Below are positions 1-8,567 of a stretch of DNA of 64,000 bases, one piece after another. The number at the start of each line of letters is the position of its first letter. Within the stretch, counting starts at the first letter, position 1. The notes beneath the pieces were generated by a model. It was not told where the DNA came from. It saw only the letters and a list, made by a program, of their open reading frames with translations, and made no database searches. This stretch comes from Verrucomicrobiota bacterium (GTDB lineage Bacteria > Verrucomicrobiota > Verrucomicrobiia > Verrucomicrobiales > V1-33), in the NCBI GenBank assembly GCA_040386695.1, contig JAZKFB010000053.1, positions 4,859-68,858 on the forward strand, in the 5' to 3' direction. Made by a program: the position numbers and the translations under genes.

Positions 1-1
1 C

Positions 2-766
2 TGGAAAAAAAGCCAGGCTCTGGTCCGGGACGACGGCTGGGAAAGCGAGCTGGCTTATCTGAAAACGCTCCTCGATTCCCTGCCCATGGACCCGCCCACC
101 AACGACGATCTGGTGCGGCTGGGCGCGGGGCTGAAATTTTTCCCGGGCCTGCCGGAGATGTTCACGGAGCTGAATTCCCTGCTCACGGAAACCCACCGCA
201 CCATCGGCATCCGCATCGAGCACTACATCGTCTCCAGCGGCATGAAGGCCCTCATCGACGGCAGCGCCCTGAAGCCGTTCATCCGCGAGATCTTCGGCTG
301 TGAATTCGCCACCGACAGCCATGGCCGCATCACGTTCCCCAAGCGCGTGATCTCCCACACGCAGAAGACGCAGTATCTGTTCCGCATCAACAAAGGCCTC
401 CTCGACACCAGCCAGGATGTGAACGACCACATGCCGGCGGATCTCCGGCCGGTGCCGTTCACCAATATGATCTATGTCGGCGACGGTCCCACGGATGTGC
501 CGTGCTTCACGGTCATGCGGCAGTTCGGCGGGCAGGCCATCGCCGTTTACAATCCCGGCGACCCCACGCGCAACAGCTTCCGCAAATGCTATCAGCTCAG
601 CGCCCACGCCAACCGCATCCGGCACATCGCCCCCAGTGACTACCGCGCCGGCAGCCACCTGCGGCTGATTCTGGATGAAATGATCCGCGAGATCGCCGAC
701 CGCATCCTCCGCAACCGCCGCGAGGAGATTGAGGAATCCCGCGTCGCCGCCCCGGGACACACCTGA
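2..766 (+). CDS. HAD-superfamily hydrolase-like protein, 5' end probably beyond the window edge
   Basis: Track ORF 86..766. The same frame stays open back to base 2 ([28 protein letters not shown] precedes Met86), so the true start is probably upstream of the window. It carries the HAD motif-III-like [14 protein letters not shown]. Confidence 0.6.
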   Translation, partial: WKKSQALVRDDGWESELAYLKTLLDSLPMDPPTNDDLVRLGAGLKFFPGLPEMFTELNSLLTETHRTIGIRIEHYIVSSGMKALIDGSALKPFIREIFGCEFATDSHGRITFPKRVISHTQKTQYLFRINKGLLDTSQDVNDHMPADLRPVPFTNMIYVGDGPTDVPCFTVMRQFGGQAIAVYNPGDPTRNSFRKCYQLSAHANRIRHIAPSDYRAGSHLRLILDEMIREIADRILRNRREEIEESRVAAPGHT

Positions 767-863
767 GGCGAACCGCCGCCCCGGCTGCGGCGGGAAGGCC
801 CGGACCGGCAGGAAGGCCCGGGATTTTCCCGCCCCGCTTACAATAAATGAATGCGGATTGGAA

Positions 864-1667
864 TTACGCGGCGCGGCGGCGGCGCAGCAGCGCGACTCCC
901 GCCAGCAGGCCCAGTCCCGTCACCGAGGGCTCGGGCACGGGATCGGTGGTGACACTGACTCCGTCAAACCACGCCTGGGTCGGGGTGGTGCCCAGGGCGG
1001 AACCCAGCACCACCGTGTCCCATGAGACATTGTCCGCCCCCGTGAAGGTGCGGCTGAGGATGGAATCCACATAGAAATTGATGGTGGTGCCGTCAGCGAG
1101 CCGCTCAATATCAAATTTGTGCCAGCCAACGCTGCGCCCCGGAGTGCCGGCCCCGTTAAGATTGAACCATCCGGCCGAACTTCCGAAAGTGAGCCGTGCC
1201 TGGTATTTGGTGGCATCAAAGACCTCACCGGCCAGGGTCACCGAATTATAACGCCCGATGGCCAGCAGCTGCGCGAGGGTGCCGTCGGCCGCCGTGCCTC
1301 CGTTGGGAACGCCGCCGCCTCCGGAATACCCGCGCACCTCCGAGAAGACCCGGGTCGTGGAGCCGTCATCGTACAGATAATAGCTGAATGCCGAGACACC
1401 GCTGACCTCGGAGCCCAGGTTGTGGTGCATGCGGTCCGTGGTGTTGTCCAGAGCCGCGCTGTAAGTGCCCACGGCGGGGATCACGTTCTTCGTGCTGTCG
1501 ATGACCAGCACACTCGGCGTGGCCGTGGTGGCCGTCCAGTTGTTGAGATTCCCGCTTTCAAAATTATCCGCGAAGACCACAGCGGCGGAGGAGAGGGAGG
1601 GAACGGCGGCGAGAAGCATTCCGGAGCACAGGGCCAGTTTGGCGGTTGTCATAACGGATGAAATCAA
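864..1667 (-). CDS. PEP-CTERM sorting-domain secreted protein
   Basis: N-terminal signal peptide (MISSVMTTAKLALCSGMLLAAVPSLSSA). The C-terminus VPEPSVTGLGLLAGVALLRRRRAA gives a PEP motif, a hydrophobic helix and an Arg cluster. Confidence 0.8.
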   Translation of the reverse strand: MISSVMTTAKLALCSGMLLAAVPSLSSAAVVFADNFESGNLNNWTATTATPSVLVIDSTKNVIPAVGTYSAALDNTTDRMHHNLGSEVSGVSAFSYYLYDDGSTTRVFSEVRGYSGGGGVPNGGTAADGTLAQLLAIGRYNSVTLAGEVFDATKYQARLTFGSSAGWFNLNGAGTPGRSVGWHKFDIERLADGTTINFYVDSILSRTFTGADNVSWDTVVLGSALGTTPTQAWFDGVSVTTDPVPEPSVTGLGLLAGVALLRRRRAA

Positions 1668-2075
1668 TGGATGGGTGGATGGGAACAGACCGTCACCTAC
1701 TGCCGCTCAGGGACTTACGCATGACAAAGCCCACATTCGGGACTCCGGGGAAAGCTGTCAATCTCCGCCTGCCCGGTTTTACCGGTACTTTCCAAACCAA
1801 ATCAGGGTGAAATCATCAGGCTTATGGAATGGATATGCCTGATTCCCGGGAGTATTCGTTCCCTTTCCGTTCCATCCGCGGATTCCGCAGTCCGGCACAC
1901 CCGCATTTTCTGTTCAAATTCCGGGACTGCGGTTTGAATCCGCGTCCTCTTTCCCGACAAGGGTGCCCTGCCCCTGTTTTCCCCGGCCCCCCTCAAAAGG
2001 ACGATCCCCGTCAAATCCCCCTTGCCTTCCCCCCTCCCAGCCTCTTTTTACCCCTCCGCCTCCCCACCGACGCCC

Positions 2076-2813
2076 ATGTCCTCCGTTCCCTCAGCCCTGC
2101 TTGTCAAATTCCCCGGCACCAATTGTGACGCCGAGACCTCCCGCGCCCTGGAGGCCGCCGGATTCTCCACCACGGTGGTTCCGGTGTCCCTGATCACACC
2201 GTCGCATCTGAAAACGGTGAACCTCGTGGTGTTCAGCGGCGGTTTCAGCTACGGCGACTACGTCATGGCGGGCCGCATCGCCCAGCTGGTCAGCGAGGTG
2301 AAACTCGGGGACTCCCTGAAGCGCTTCATCGCCGACGGCGGCTATGTCCTCGGCATCTGCAACGGCTTCCAGATCATGACCAAACTGGGCATTCTCCCCG
2401 AAGGCAGCCTCATCGACAACTCCAGCGGCCGCTTCCAGTGCCGCTGGGCGAAGCTGAAAACGACCGCCCCCGGCAGCCCGTATCTTTCCGATCTCCCCGA
2501 CGAGTTCGAGCTGCCCATCGCCCACGCGGAAGGCCGGTTTGTCGCCCCCGAGGGCAAGGCCCAGGAATATTTCGACAAAGGCCTCGTGGCCCTCGCCTAC
2601 GAGGAGGATGTCAACGGCAGCACCCTGCAAATCGCCGCCCTCCAGGACGAAACCGGCCGCGTTTTCGGCCTGATGCCGCATCCGGAGCGCTTCCTGCACC
2701 CGCAGGACCACTACGATCCCGACTGGAACGGCCGCCACGATCACGGCTGGGGCTACTATTTCTTCCGCGGCCTCTGGCGCGACATCACTGGCGGCCGCAG
2801 GCTGGTGGCCTGA
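2076..2813 (+). CDS. purQ: phosphoribosylformylglycinamidine synthase, glutamine amidotransferase subunit PurQ
   Basis: LLVKFPGTNCDAETSRALEAAGF, GGFSYGDY, catalytic Cys in GICNGFQ, then HAEGRF and MPHPER. The track ORF starts at 2022, but the Pro-rich first 18 aa look non-coding. Met at 2076 (MSSVPSALLVKFPGTNCD) matches normal PurQ N-termini. Confidence 0.9.
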   Translation: MSSVPSALLVKFPGTNCDAETSRALEAAGFSTTVVPVSLITPSHLKTVNLVVFSGGFSYGDYVMAGRIAQLVSEVKLGDSLKRFIADGGYVLGICNGFQIMTKLGILPEGSLIDNSSGRFQCRWAKLKTTAPGSPYLSDLPDEFELPIAHAEGRFVAPEGKAQEYFDKGLVALAYEEDVNGSTLQIAALQDETGRVFGLMPHPERFLHPQDHYDPDWNGRHDHGWGYYFFRGLWRDITGGRRLVA

Positions 2814-2824
2814 GATGAGGAGAG

Positions 2825-2964
2825 AATTTGAACAGAAGGGCGCAAAGGACCGCAAAGGCTGAAGATCCGGGGAGGAGAAATCCTCAATGGTTCCGCAAAA
2901 ACCCGACACCAGGATCCGTCATTTTTCCTCCTCTTTCTGCCCTTCGTGCCCTTCTGTTCAAATT
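2825..2964. repeat. imperfect palindromic intergenic element of the GAACAGAAGG family
   Basis: 2825-2841 AATTTGAACAGAAGGGC is the exact reverse complement of 2948-2964 GCCCTTCTGTTCAAATT. The inner arms (CGCAAAGGACCGCAAAGG / CCTCTTTCTGCCCTTCGTG) are partly complementary. It lies between the purQ stop (2813) and the purM start (3037). Confidence 0.65.
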
Positions 2965-3036
2965 AAATCCCCCGGCTTCCCCGGTCCTCCCGACACTTTT
3001 AACCCATAACCTTTAACTCCTTCCCCGCCCCGCACC

Positions 3037-4023
3037 ATGTCCGGCCTCACCTATAAAGACTCTGGCGTTGATATCAAAACCGCCGCCGAACTCGTCGGGG
3101 ACATCGGCGATCTCCGCCGCCGCACGGAGGGCAAACGCAAACTGCTGGGCGCTTTCGGGCTTTTTGCCGCCGCCTACGATCTCAGCGACTACAAACAGCC
3201 CGTGATCGTCACCGGCTGCGACGGCGTGGGCACCAAGCTGGAGCTGCTGCTGGAGCACGACCTTCTCGAAACCGCCGGCAAGGACCTCGTGGCCATGAAC
3301 GTCAACGACGTGCTCACCACCGGCGGCGATCCCATCATGTTCCTCGATTACATCGGCATTCCGAAAATCGACAAACAGCAGATTTCCCGTCTCATCGGCG
3401 GCATGACCGAGTGGCTCGGAGCCTGCAACTGCATCCTCGCCGGCGGCGAAACAGCGGAAATGCCCGGCATCGTCCCCGAAGGTCTGGTTGAACTCAGCGG
3501 CTTCGCCATCGGCGCGGTCGAAAAACCGGATCTGCTCAATCCCGAGCGCGTGGAGCCCGGCGACGCCGCCATCGGCTACCCCTCCGACGGATTCCATGCC
3601 AACGGCTGGAGCCTCGTCCGCCGCGTGCTCCGCGAAAACGCCGCCGATTTCACCAGGGAGGAAATCGTGGCCATGCTCGCGCCCACCCGCCTTTACCACG
3701 AGGAGGTCAACGCCCTCAAAGCCGCCGGCATCGATCTCAAAGCCATGGCCCACATCACCGGCGGCGGTCTGGTGGAGAATCTGGAGCGCTTCCTCGGCAC
3801 CAAAGGCGCGGACCTGGCCATTCCGGAATGGACTCTGGGAGCCATTCCCAAAGTCCTCAAACACGTGGACAGCGCCGACCGCCTCAACACCTTCAACATG
3901 GGCTACGGCTGGGTCGTCATCATCCCCGCCGCCCAGAAGGACGCCGCCCTCGCCTGCGGCCTCAAAGGCCAGCTCCTCGGCACCATCACCCCGGAACACG
4001 GCGTGAGGGTGAAGGTGGGGTAG
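3037..4023 (+). CDS. purM: phosphoribosylformylglycinamidine cyclo-ligase (AIR synthetase) PurM
   Basis: MSGLTYKDSGVDI start, GCDGVGTKLELL, DLVAMNVNDVLTTGGDP and AHITGGGL motifs. The mirror ORF 3013..3999(-) has no recognisable motifs. Confidence 0.95.
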   Translation: MSGLTYKDSGVDIKTAAELVGDIGDLRRRTEGKRKLLGAFGLFAAAYDLSDYKQPVIVTGCDGVGTKLELLLEHDLLETAGKDLVAMNVNDVLTTGGDPIMFLDYIGIPKIDKQQISRLIGGMTEWLGACNCILAGGETAEMPGIVPEGLVELSGFAIGAVEKPDLLNPERVEPGDAAIGYPSDGFHANGWSLVRRVLRENAADFTREEIVAMLAPTRLYHEEVNALKAAGIDLKAMAHITGGGLVENLERFLGTKGADLAIPEWTLGAIPKVLKHVDSADRLNTFNMGYGWVVIIPAAQKDAALACGLKGQLLGTITPEHGVRVKVG

Positions 4024-4050
4024 GATTTTTGCGGTTGGCAGGCACGCGGC

Positions 4051-4251
4051 TCATTTGCCGGAAGTGCATGGCCATGCTGAAATGCCAAACATCCAAAGCC
4101 AGTTCAGCATCTGGCCGTTGGTTGTCAGTTCCTTCCACAGCATCACGGCCACCATCAGAAAAAGGCCAGCGGAAGCGCAAAGAAATCCCCAGTGACGTCT
4201 GGCCACAATAGCCGTGCAGCCAGTGGCGGCCAATGTGCCTGCTGCCAGCAT
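4051..4251 (-). CDS. possible small hydrophobic membrane protein (66 aa)
   Basis: ORF with hydrophobic stretches (GFLCASAGLFLMVAVMLW, LNWLWMFGISAW) in a visibly AT-richer spacer between purM and the hybrid kinase. It has no homology-type motif and no obvious ribosome-binding site. Confidence 0.25.
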   Translation of the reverse strand: MLAAGTLAATGCTAIVARRHWGFLCASAGLFLMVAVMLWKELTTNGQMLNWLWMFGISAWPCTSGK

Positions 4252-4409
4252 CAGGACACGGCAGCGAACGGAGGTATTTTCCCGAACGACAGGCTGGTTG
4301 CCGCCGGATCGGAAGCCGTAAGGCTTATTTAATTGTGATTCTCAAAGGTGCCATCCGTGGCCCCATCATGGCATTTTCCGCAAATGGAAAATCATGAGGG
4401 AGAGCCGGT

Positions 4410-7400
4410 TTAGTCCGCGTCGGCGGCCATTCTGAGGGCGCGCTGGAGACTTTCCGCGCGGACCGGCTTGGAGAGGTAATCGTTCATCCCGGCGGCGAGG
4501 CAGTCGTCCCGGTCGCTGCCGAAAGCATTGGCGGTCAGGGCAATTATCCATGGCCGGGCGGCCGGAGGGTGGAGGCGGCGGATTTCGCGGGCGGCTTCAA
4601 GCCCGTCCATCCCGGGCATCTGGACATCCATGAGGAGGACATCGAATTTTTCCTTTTGCACCGCCTGCAAAGCCTCCAGCCCGTTGCCGACGATGACGGA
4701 ATCATATCCCATGCGCTGCAGATGCAGGGCCACCACTCTTTGATTCACGGGATTGTCCTCCGCCACCAGAATGCGCAGCGGTCTGGAGATTCCAGGTTTA
4801 ACGCCGCGGTCCGCATCGCAACCGGACCTGGGAGCGGCCGGGGAGGCGGGGGGAGCCCACGTGTTCCGCAGGGCCAGGAGCAGCGGGCCGGCTTTAACGG
4901 GCTTGTTCAGGGTGACGGAAATTTCCGGGGTTCCGGTATGGGGATTGAGGTCTCCCATGGGGGCGAGGAGGAGAATTTTCGGCCCGGTCTCCCCGCAGTG
5001 CCGCCGGATTTCAGCGGCCAGGGCATAGCCATCCATCTCCGGCATCATGGCGTCAATGACCGCGAGATCGAATTTTTCACCGCCGCGGATTCTTTCCAGA
5101 GCCTGGGAAGCCCCTTCGGCGGCAGTCGGCCGCAGGCCCCACGAACTGGTGTGCCCGTGCAGAATCCAGCGCTGGGTGGCATTGTCATCAACGATGAGCA
5201 CCCGCAGCCCCTCCATGCCGCGCGGGTCAGGCTCCGGCGGCGCGGGAGTGGCGGCGGCGTCGTGAAGGGGAATTTCGAACTGGAAGACGGATCCCTGGCC
5301 GACCCGGGATTCCACCCGGATGTGTCCCCCCATATTCTGAACCAGCCGCTGGGATATGGCGAGGCCCAGCCCGGTGCCGCCAAAGCGCCGGGTGGTGGAG
5401 GCGTCCATCTGGCTGAACACTCCGAAAAGGCGGTCAATGCCATCGGCTGGAATCCCGATCCCGGTATCCGTGACCGTCACCCGCAGCTGCGGGCCCGTCC
5501 CGTTCCGGATCACGGACAGTTTGATAAACACCTCCCCCTGATGGGTGAACTTGACGGCATTGGAGACCAGGTTCACGAGGACCTGCCGCAGACGGGTGGG
5601 ATCCCCGAGGATGGCGGGCGGCACGTCAGGATCGATCCAGCCCATCAGATCGAGCTTTTTCCTGGCGGCCTGACCGGCCAGAAGATCCAGCACGGACTCC
5701 ATGCAGTCCCGCAAAGGCACGGGAATGTGCTCCAGATCCAGCTGGCCGGACTCGATTTTGGAGAAATCGAGAATGTCATTGATCAGACTCAGGAGTATCT
5801 CGCCGCTGGAGTGGATGGTCTCCACGAATTCGCGCTCCCGGGTATCCAGCTGTCCATCCATGAGCAGTTCCGACATGCCCAGCACCGCATTCATGGGCGT
5901 GCGGATTTCGTGGCTCATGTTGGCGAGAAACTCCGCTTTGGCGCGGGCATGCGCCTCAGCCCGGGCGGTGGCCGCCTCCAGTTCAATGTTCCGCTGCTTC
6001 AGCAGATCCGCGGCTTTGCGGCGCTCGTCGATATCCTGAAAAATACCGTGGATGGCAATAATGGTCCCGCTTTCGTCCCGCACGGGCTCTCCCCGGGAAT
6101 ACACCCAGATCTGCCGGCCTGCGGCAGTGATCAGGCGGGCCTCGAACTCGTGGGCCTTTCCTTTTTCCAGAGCTTCCCGCACACAGGCCTCAATGACCGG
6201 CCGGTCCTCCGGATGGTAAAAATTCAGAGCGTCGCCCACGGAGACGGGAGTGCCGGCCGGCAGCCCGTGAATGGCATAGGTGATGTCGGACCAGTGGACC
6301 CCGGAGCCATTCAGAGGGAGTTCCCAATGTCCCAGCCTGGCAATGCGCCCGGCGGCTTCCAGAAGAGCCTGGGATTTCTTTTTGGCGCCCAGGGTTTCCC
6401 GCAGTTCGCGCTCCATCTCCTTGCGCTCCGTGATGTCCACCGCCGTCCCCAGGTATCCCGTGGGGGCGCCGCCGATATCCTCCAGCACGGTCACCATGAG
6501 ATCGGCGGTCCTGACAGAACCATCACGGCGCCGGTAGGTCCACTCCCCGCGCTCGCTTCCCTTCAGCCGGGGAATGGCGGTGAGAGTTTCGATTCCCTCC
6601 ACTCCGCGTCCCAGTTCCGCCGTGAGAATGGCGGCGCGCGCGGCCAGTTCCGCCGGGTCATGAATCACGGAAAAATCCGCTTTTCCCACCATTTCCCCTG
6701 CGGGATATCCCAAAAGACGTTCCGCTCCTTTGCTGAAGTAGGTGATGATGCCCGCCAGATCGAACGCGATGACCGAAACGCCGGTCGCCGAATCCAGCAC
6801 CTGCCCCAGACGCTTTTCGCTCTCCCCGAGATTGCGCTCCGCCAGCTGGCGCTCACCGATCTCCTCCTTCAGCTGCCGGTTGGCGGCCAGGGCCATGCGG
6901 GTGCGGAACACCGCCTGCTGAAACCCCCACACCGCCGCCGACACCGCCGCCCCCAGAAGCACTCCCAGCCACAGAATCATCACCGGCAGCCGGCCTCCGG
7001 CCAGCACACTCGACTTCGGCTCCACCACAAACCTCCAGACCTGGCCGCGGAACTCGATTTTGGCCTCCGCCCGGGTCCGCGCGCTGGCGGGCTCCACCGG
7101 CAATTCCCCCAGAATAAATTTATCCCCCTCATAGATGGAAATCCGGCAGGTGGCGAAGGCCGGCTGGTCCAGCGTCGATTTTTTCAGACCCTGAAGCCGG
7201 AAACTTCCAAAAACAAAACCTCCGAACTCATTTCCGGGAAAAATGGGAAAGAAGACAAAAAAACCCGGATCCTTTCCCCGGACCGCCACCGTGGGCGAAA
7301 TCAGCATCAGCCGGTGTTTGATGGAATTCCGCAGGGCCTCCTCCGCCGGCCATTGGGTCTCAAGATGCAGATCACGCCCCAGCAGGGGCTCCGCGTCCGG

Positions 7401-8372
7401 GGCGAGTTCCGCGTAATTCACCCGCCAGGCGGTGTCCGTGCGGCCCACGGCCTCAAAAACAGTCGTATCCTGAAAGCAGTCACGGGCGTCGCCCTGCCAT
7501 TCCGGATAAGGGACGCTGCCGCTCCGCTCCCAGCGCCGCGCTATCCGTTCCAGCGAGCGCAGGCAGAAAGTGAACCGGCTGAGGGAGTCGGCGGCGACAT
7601 TATCGGCGATCACCACCGCCTGTTCCCGGATGGCCCGGGTGCGGTCCGCCGCCAGCGCCTGCCACAGCATCAGGGCCGCCACGACCGTCCCGAAGCCGAC
7701 CGGCACGGGAAGCCACCGGTCCTCCATCAGGCGCTGCGGACCCGCCCACTGCGCCGACAGCAGGCCCATGCCCAGAACCATGAGCCCGCCGGCGGAATGG
7801 ACCGCCATTCCGATGGAGTCGCCGGACACAAACATCATCCTGACCCCCAGTTTGTAACCGCCGAGGGCCATCAGCCCCAGAGCAATGGCCGAGGAGCCCA
7901 GAATCCAGATCATGAGACGCCGGGCGGCCGTCGGCATCCGCATGCGGAGCAGCAGAATCCCGGTTCCCGCCAAGGCGAAACCCGCCGCTGTGGGCGGAGG
8001 GGAGCTTCTTTTCACCAGTCCCGGTATTTCCGGAAAATGCGCCAGCAGGGAATGGAATCCGAGATTCCATCCGGTAAGGTATTCGGCCGACAGCAGCAGT
8101 CCGGCGCCTCCCGCAAACGCTCCGCAGACCATCGGCAAAAAACGGGGAAGCCGCAGGGCAAAAGAGAAAAGGCCCATCCCGCTCACGAGAAAACAGAGCG
8201 CTGTGGGATACTGCATCGGAACAAATCCTTCACGGATACGCACCAGGGCGGCATTCCCGGTGTGCCACCCCGCCAGAACAGTGATCCCCAGAGCGGCGCA
8301 GAGCACCCCGCAGAAGCCGCTCAGCAGTCCGGACCAGGTGAAATTTCTGGAAATAGCTCGGGGCTTCGGCAT
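4410..8372 (-). CDS. hybrid sensor histidine kinase/response regulator (multi-TM sensor, PAS x2, HisKA, HATPase, two receiver domains)
   Basis: H-box SHEIRTPMNAVLGMSELL. ATPase boxes NLVSNAVKFT, DTGIGIP and GGTGLGLAIS. Receivers are VLIVDDNATQR...DAMMPEMDG and ILVAEDNPVNQ...LMDVQMPGMDG. The N-terminal ~230 aa are strongly hydrophobic. Confidence 0.9.
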   Translation of the reverse strand: MPKPRAISRNFTWSGLLSGFCGVLCAALGITVLAGWHTGNAALVRIREGFVPMQYPTALCFLVSGMGLFSFALRLPRFLPMVCGAFAGGAGLLLSAEYLTGWNLGFHSLLAHFPEIPGLVKRSSPPPTAAGFALAGTGILLLRMRMPTAARRLMIWILGSSAIALGLMALGGYKLGVRMMFVSGDSIGMAVHSAGGLMVLGMGLLSAQWAGPQRLMEDRWLPVPVGFGTVVAALMLWQALAADRTRAIREQAVVIADNVAADSLSRFTFCLRSLERIARRWERSGSVPYPEWQGDARDCFQDTTVFEAVGRTDTAWRVNYAELAPDAEPLLGRDLHLETQWPAEEALRNSIKHRLMLISPTVAVRGKDPGFFVFFPIFPGNEFGGFVFGSFRLQGLKKSTLDQPAFATCRISIYEGDKFILGELPVEPASARTRAEAKIEFRGQVWRFVVEPKSSVLAGGRLPVMILWLGVLLGAAVSAAVWGFQQAVFRTRMALAANRQLKEEIGERQLAERNLGESEKRLGQVLDSATGVSVIAFDLAGIITYFSKGAERLLGYPAGEMVGKADFSVIHDPAELAARAAILTAELGRGVEGIETLTAIPRLKGSERGEWTYRRRDGSVRTADLMVTVLEDIGGAPTGYLGTAVDITERKEMERELRETLGAKKKSQALLEAAGRIARLGHWELPLNGSGVHWSDITYAIHGLPAGTPVSVGDALNFYHPEDRPVIEACVREALEKGKAHEFEARLITAAGRQIWVYSRGEPVRDESGTIIAIHGIFQDIDERRKAADLLKQRNIELEAATARAEAHARAKAEFLANMSHEIRTPMNAVLGMSELLMDGQLDTREREFVETIHSSGEILLSLINDILDFSKIESGQLDLEHIPVPLRDCMESVLDLLAGQAARKKLDLMGWIDPDVPPAILGDPTRLRQVLVNLVSNAVKFTHQGEVFIKLSVIRNGTGPQLRVTVTDTGIGIPADGIDRLFGVFSQMDASTTRRFGGTGLGLAISQRLVQNMGGHIRVESRVGQGSVFQFEIPLHDAAATPAPPEPDPRGMEGLRVLIVDDNATQRWILHGHTSSWGLRPTAAEGASQALERIRGGEKFDLAVIDAMMPEMDGYALAAEIRRHCGETGPKILLLAPMGDLNPHTGTPEISVTLNKPVKAGPLLLALRNTWAPPASPAAPRSGCDADRGVKPGISRPLRILVAEDNPVNQRVVALHLQRMGYDSVIVGNGLEALQAVQKEKFDVLLMDVQMPGMDGLEAAREIRRLHPPAARPWIIALTANAFGSDRDDCLAAGMNDYLSKPVRAESLQRALRMAADAD

Positions 8373-8567
8373 TAGAATTTATTTAACGGTCATGCGCGCA
8401 CGCTGCGGGGAAAAGAGACGTTCTTTCCCATTTCCCGGGTCCGGCTGTCTTTCAACGGGCGGAACCGGGGAGAAATCCCGGCCCACGTTTGATTCTGAAT
8501 GGCCCGGTGGAACAGGCGTCCCGTTCGTTACACGGAATTTGCGCAGGTTTGCAAGGTTTTTCAAAAA

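Noticed and set aside
1925-1950. tRNA-like T-arm (GCGG TTTGAAT CCGC) upstream of purQ
   Set aside because: No complementary 5' acceptor strand ~65-70 nt upstream, no D-arm or anticodon arm, and the T-loop deviates from TTCGAAT. It is not a tRNA. It is probably part of a GAACAGAA-type half element.
1668-2075. Possible purine or ZTP (pfl) riboswitch in the 400-nt region upstream of purQ, including the hairpin ATCAGGC...GCCTGAT near 1816-1850
   Set aside because: The conserved cores as I remember them are absent: the purine three-way junction with its loop-loop motifs, and the ZTP CGCCTGGGC element. The hairpin has a 15-nt loop unlike either class.
4569-8375. Very long ORFs antisense to almost every large gene. 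Examples are 4569-8375(+), 3013-3999(-), 10342-12465(+), 13525-15150(+), 15610-17661(+), 17722-18792(+) and 18861-21623(+). Further examples are 26971-28185(+), 29315-30958(+), 30726-32159(+), 35221-36807(+), 37479-38567(+), 39139-40437(-), 40887-42026(-) and 42028-43323(-). The rest are 49249-52317(+), 57047-58993(-), 59099-61762(-) and 61964-63286(-).
   Set aside because: They mirror genes that carry unambiguous family motifs. Their own translations are Gly/Arg/Pro/His/Gln-rich with no motifs, signal peptides or TM logic. Stop-poor antisense frames are the expected artefact in GC-rich DNA. I found no evidence for overlapping genes.
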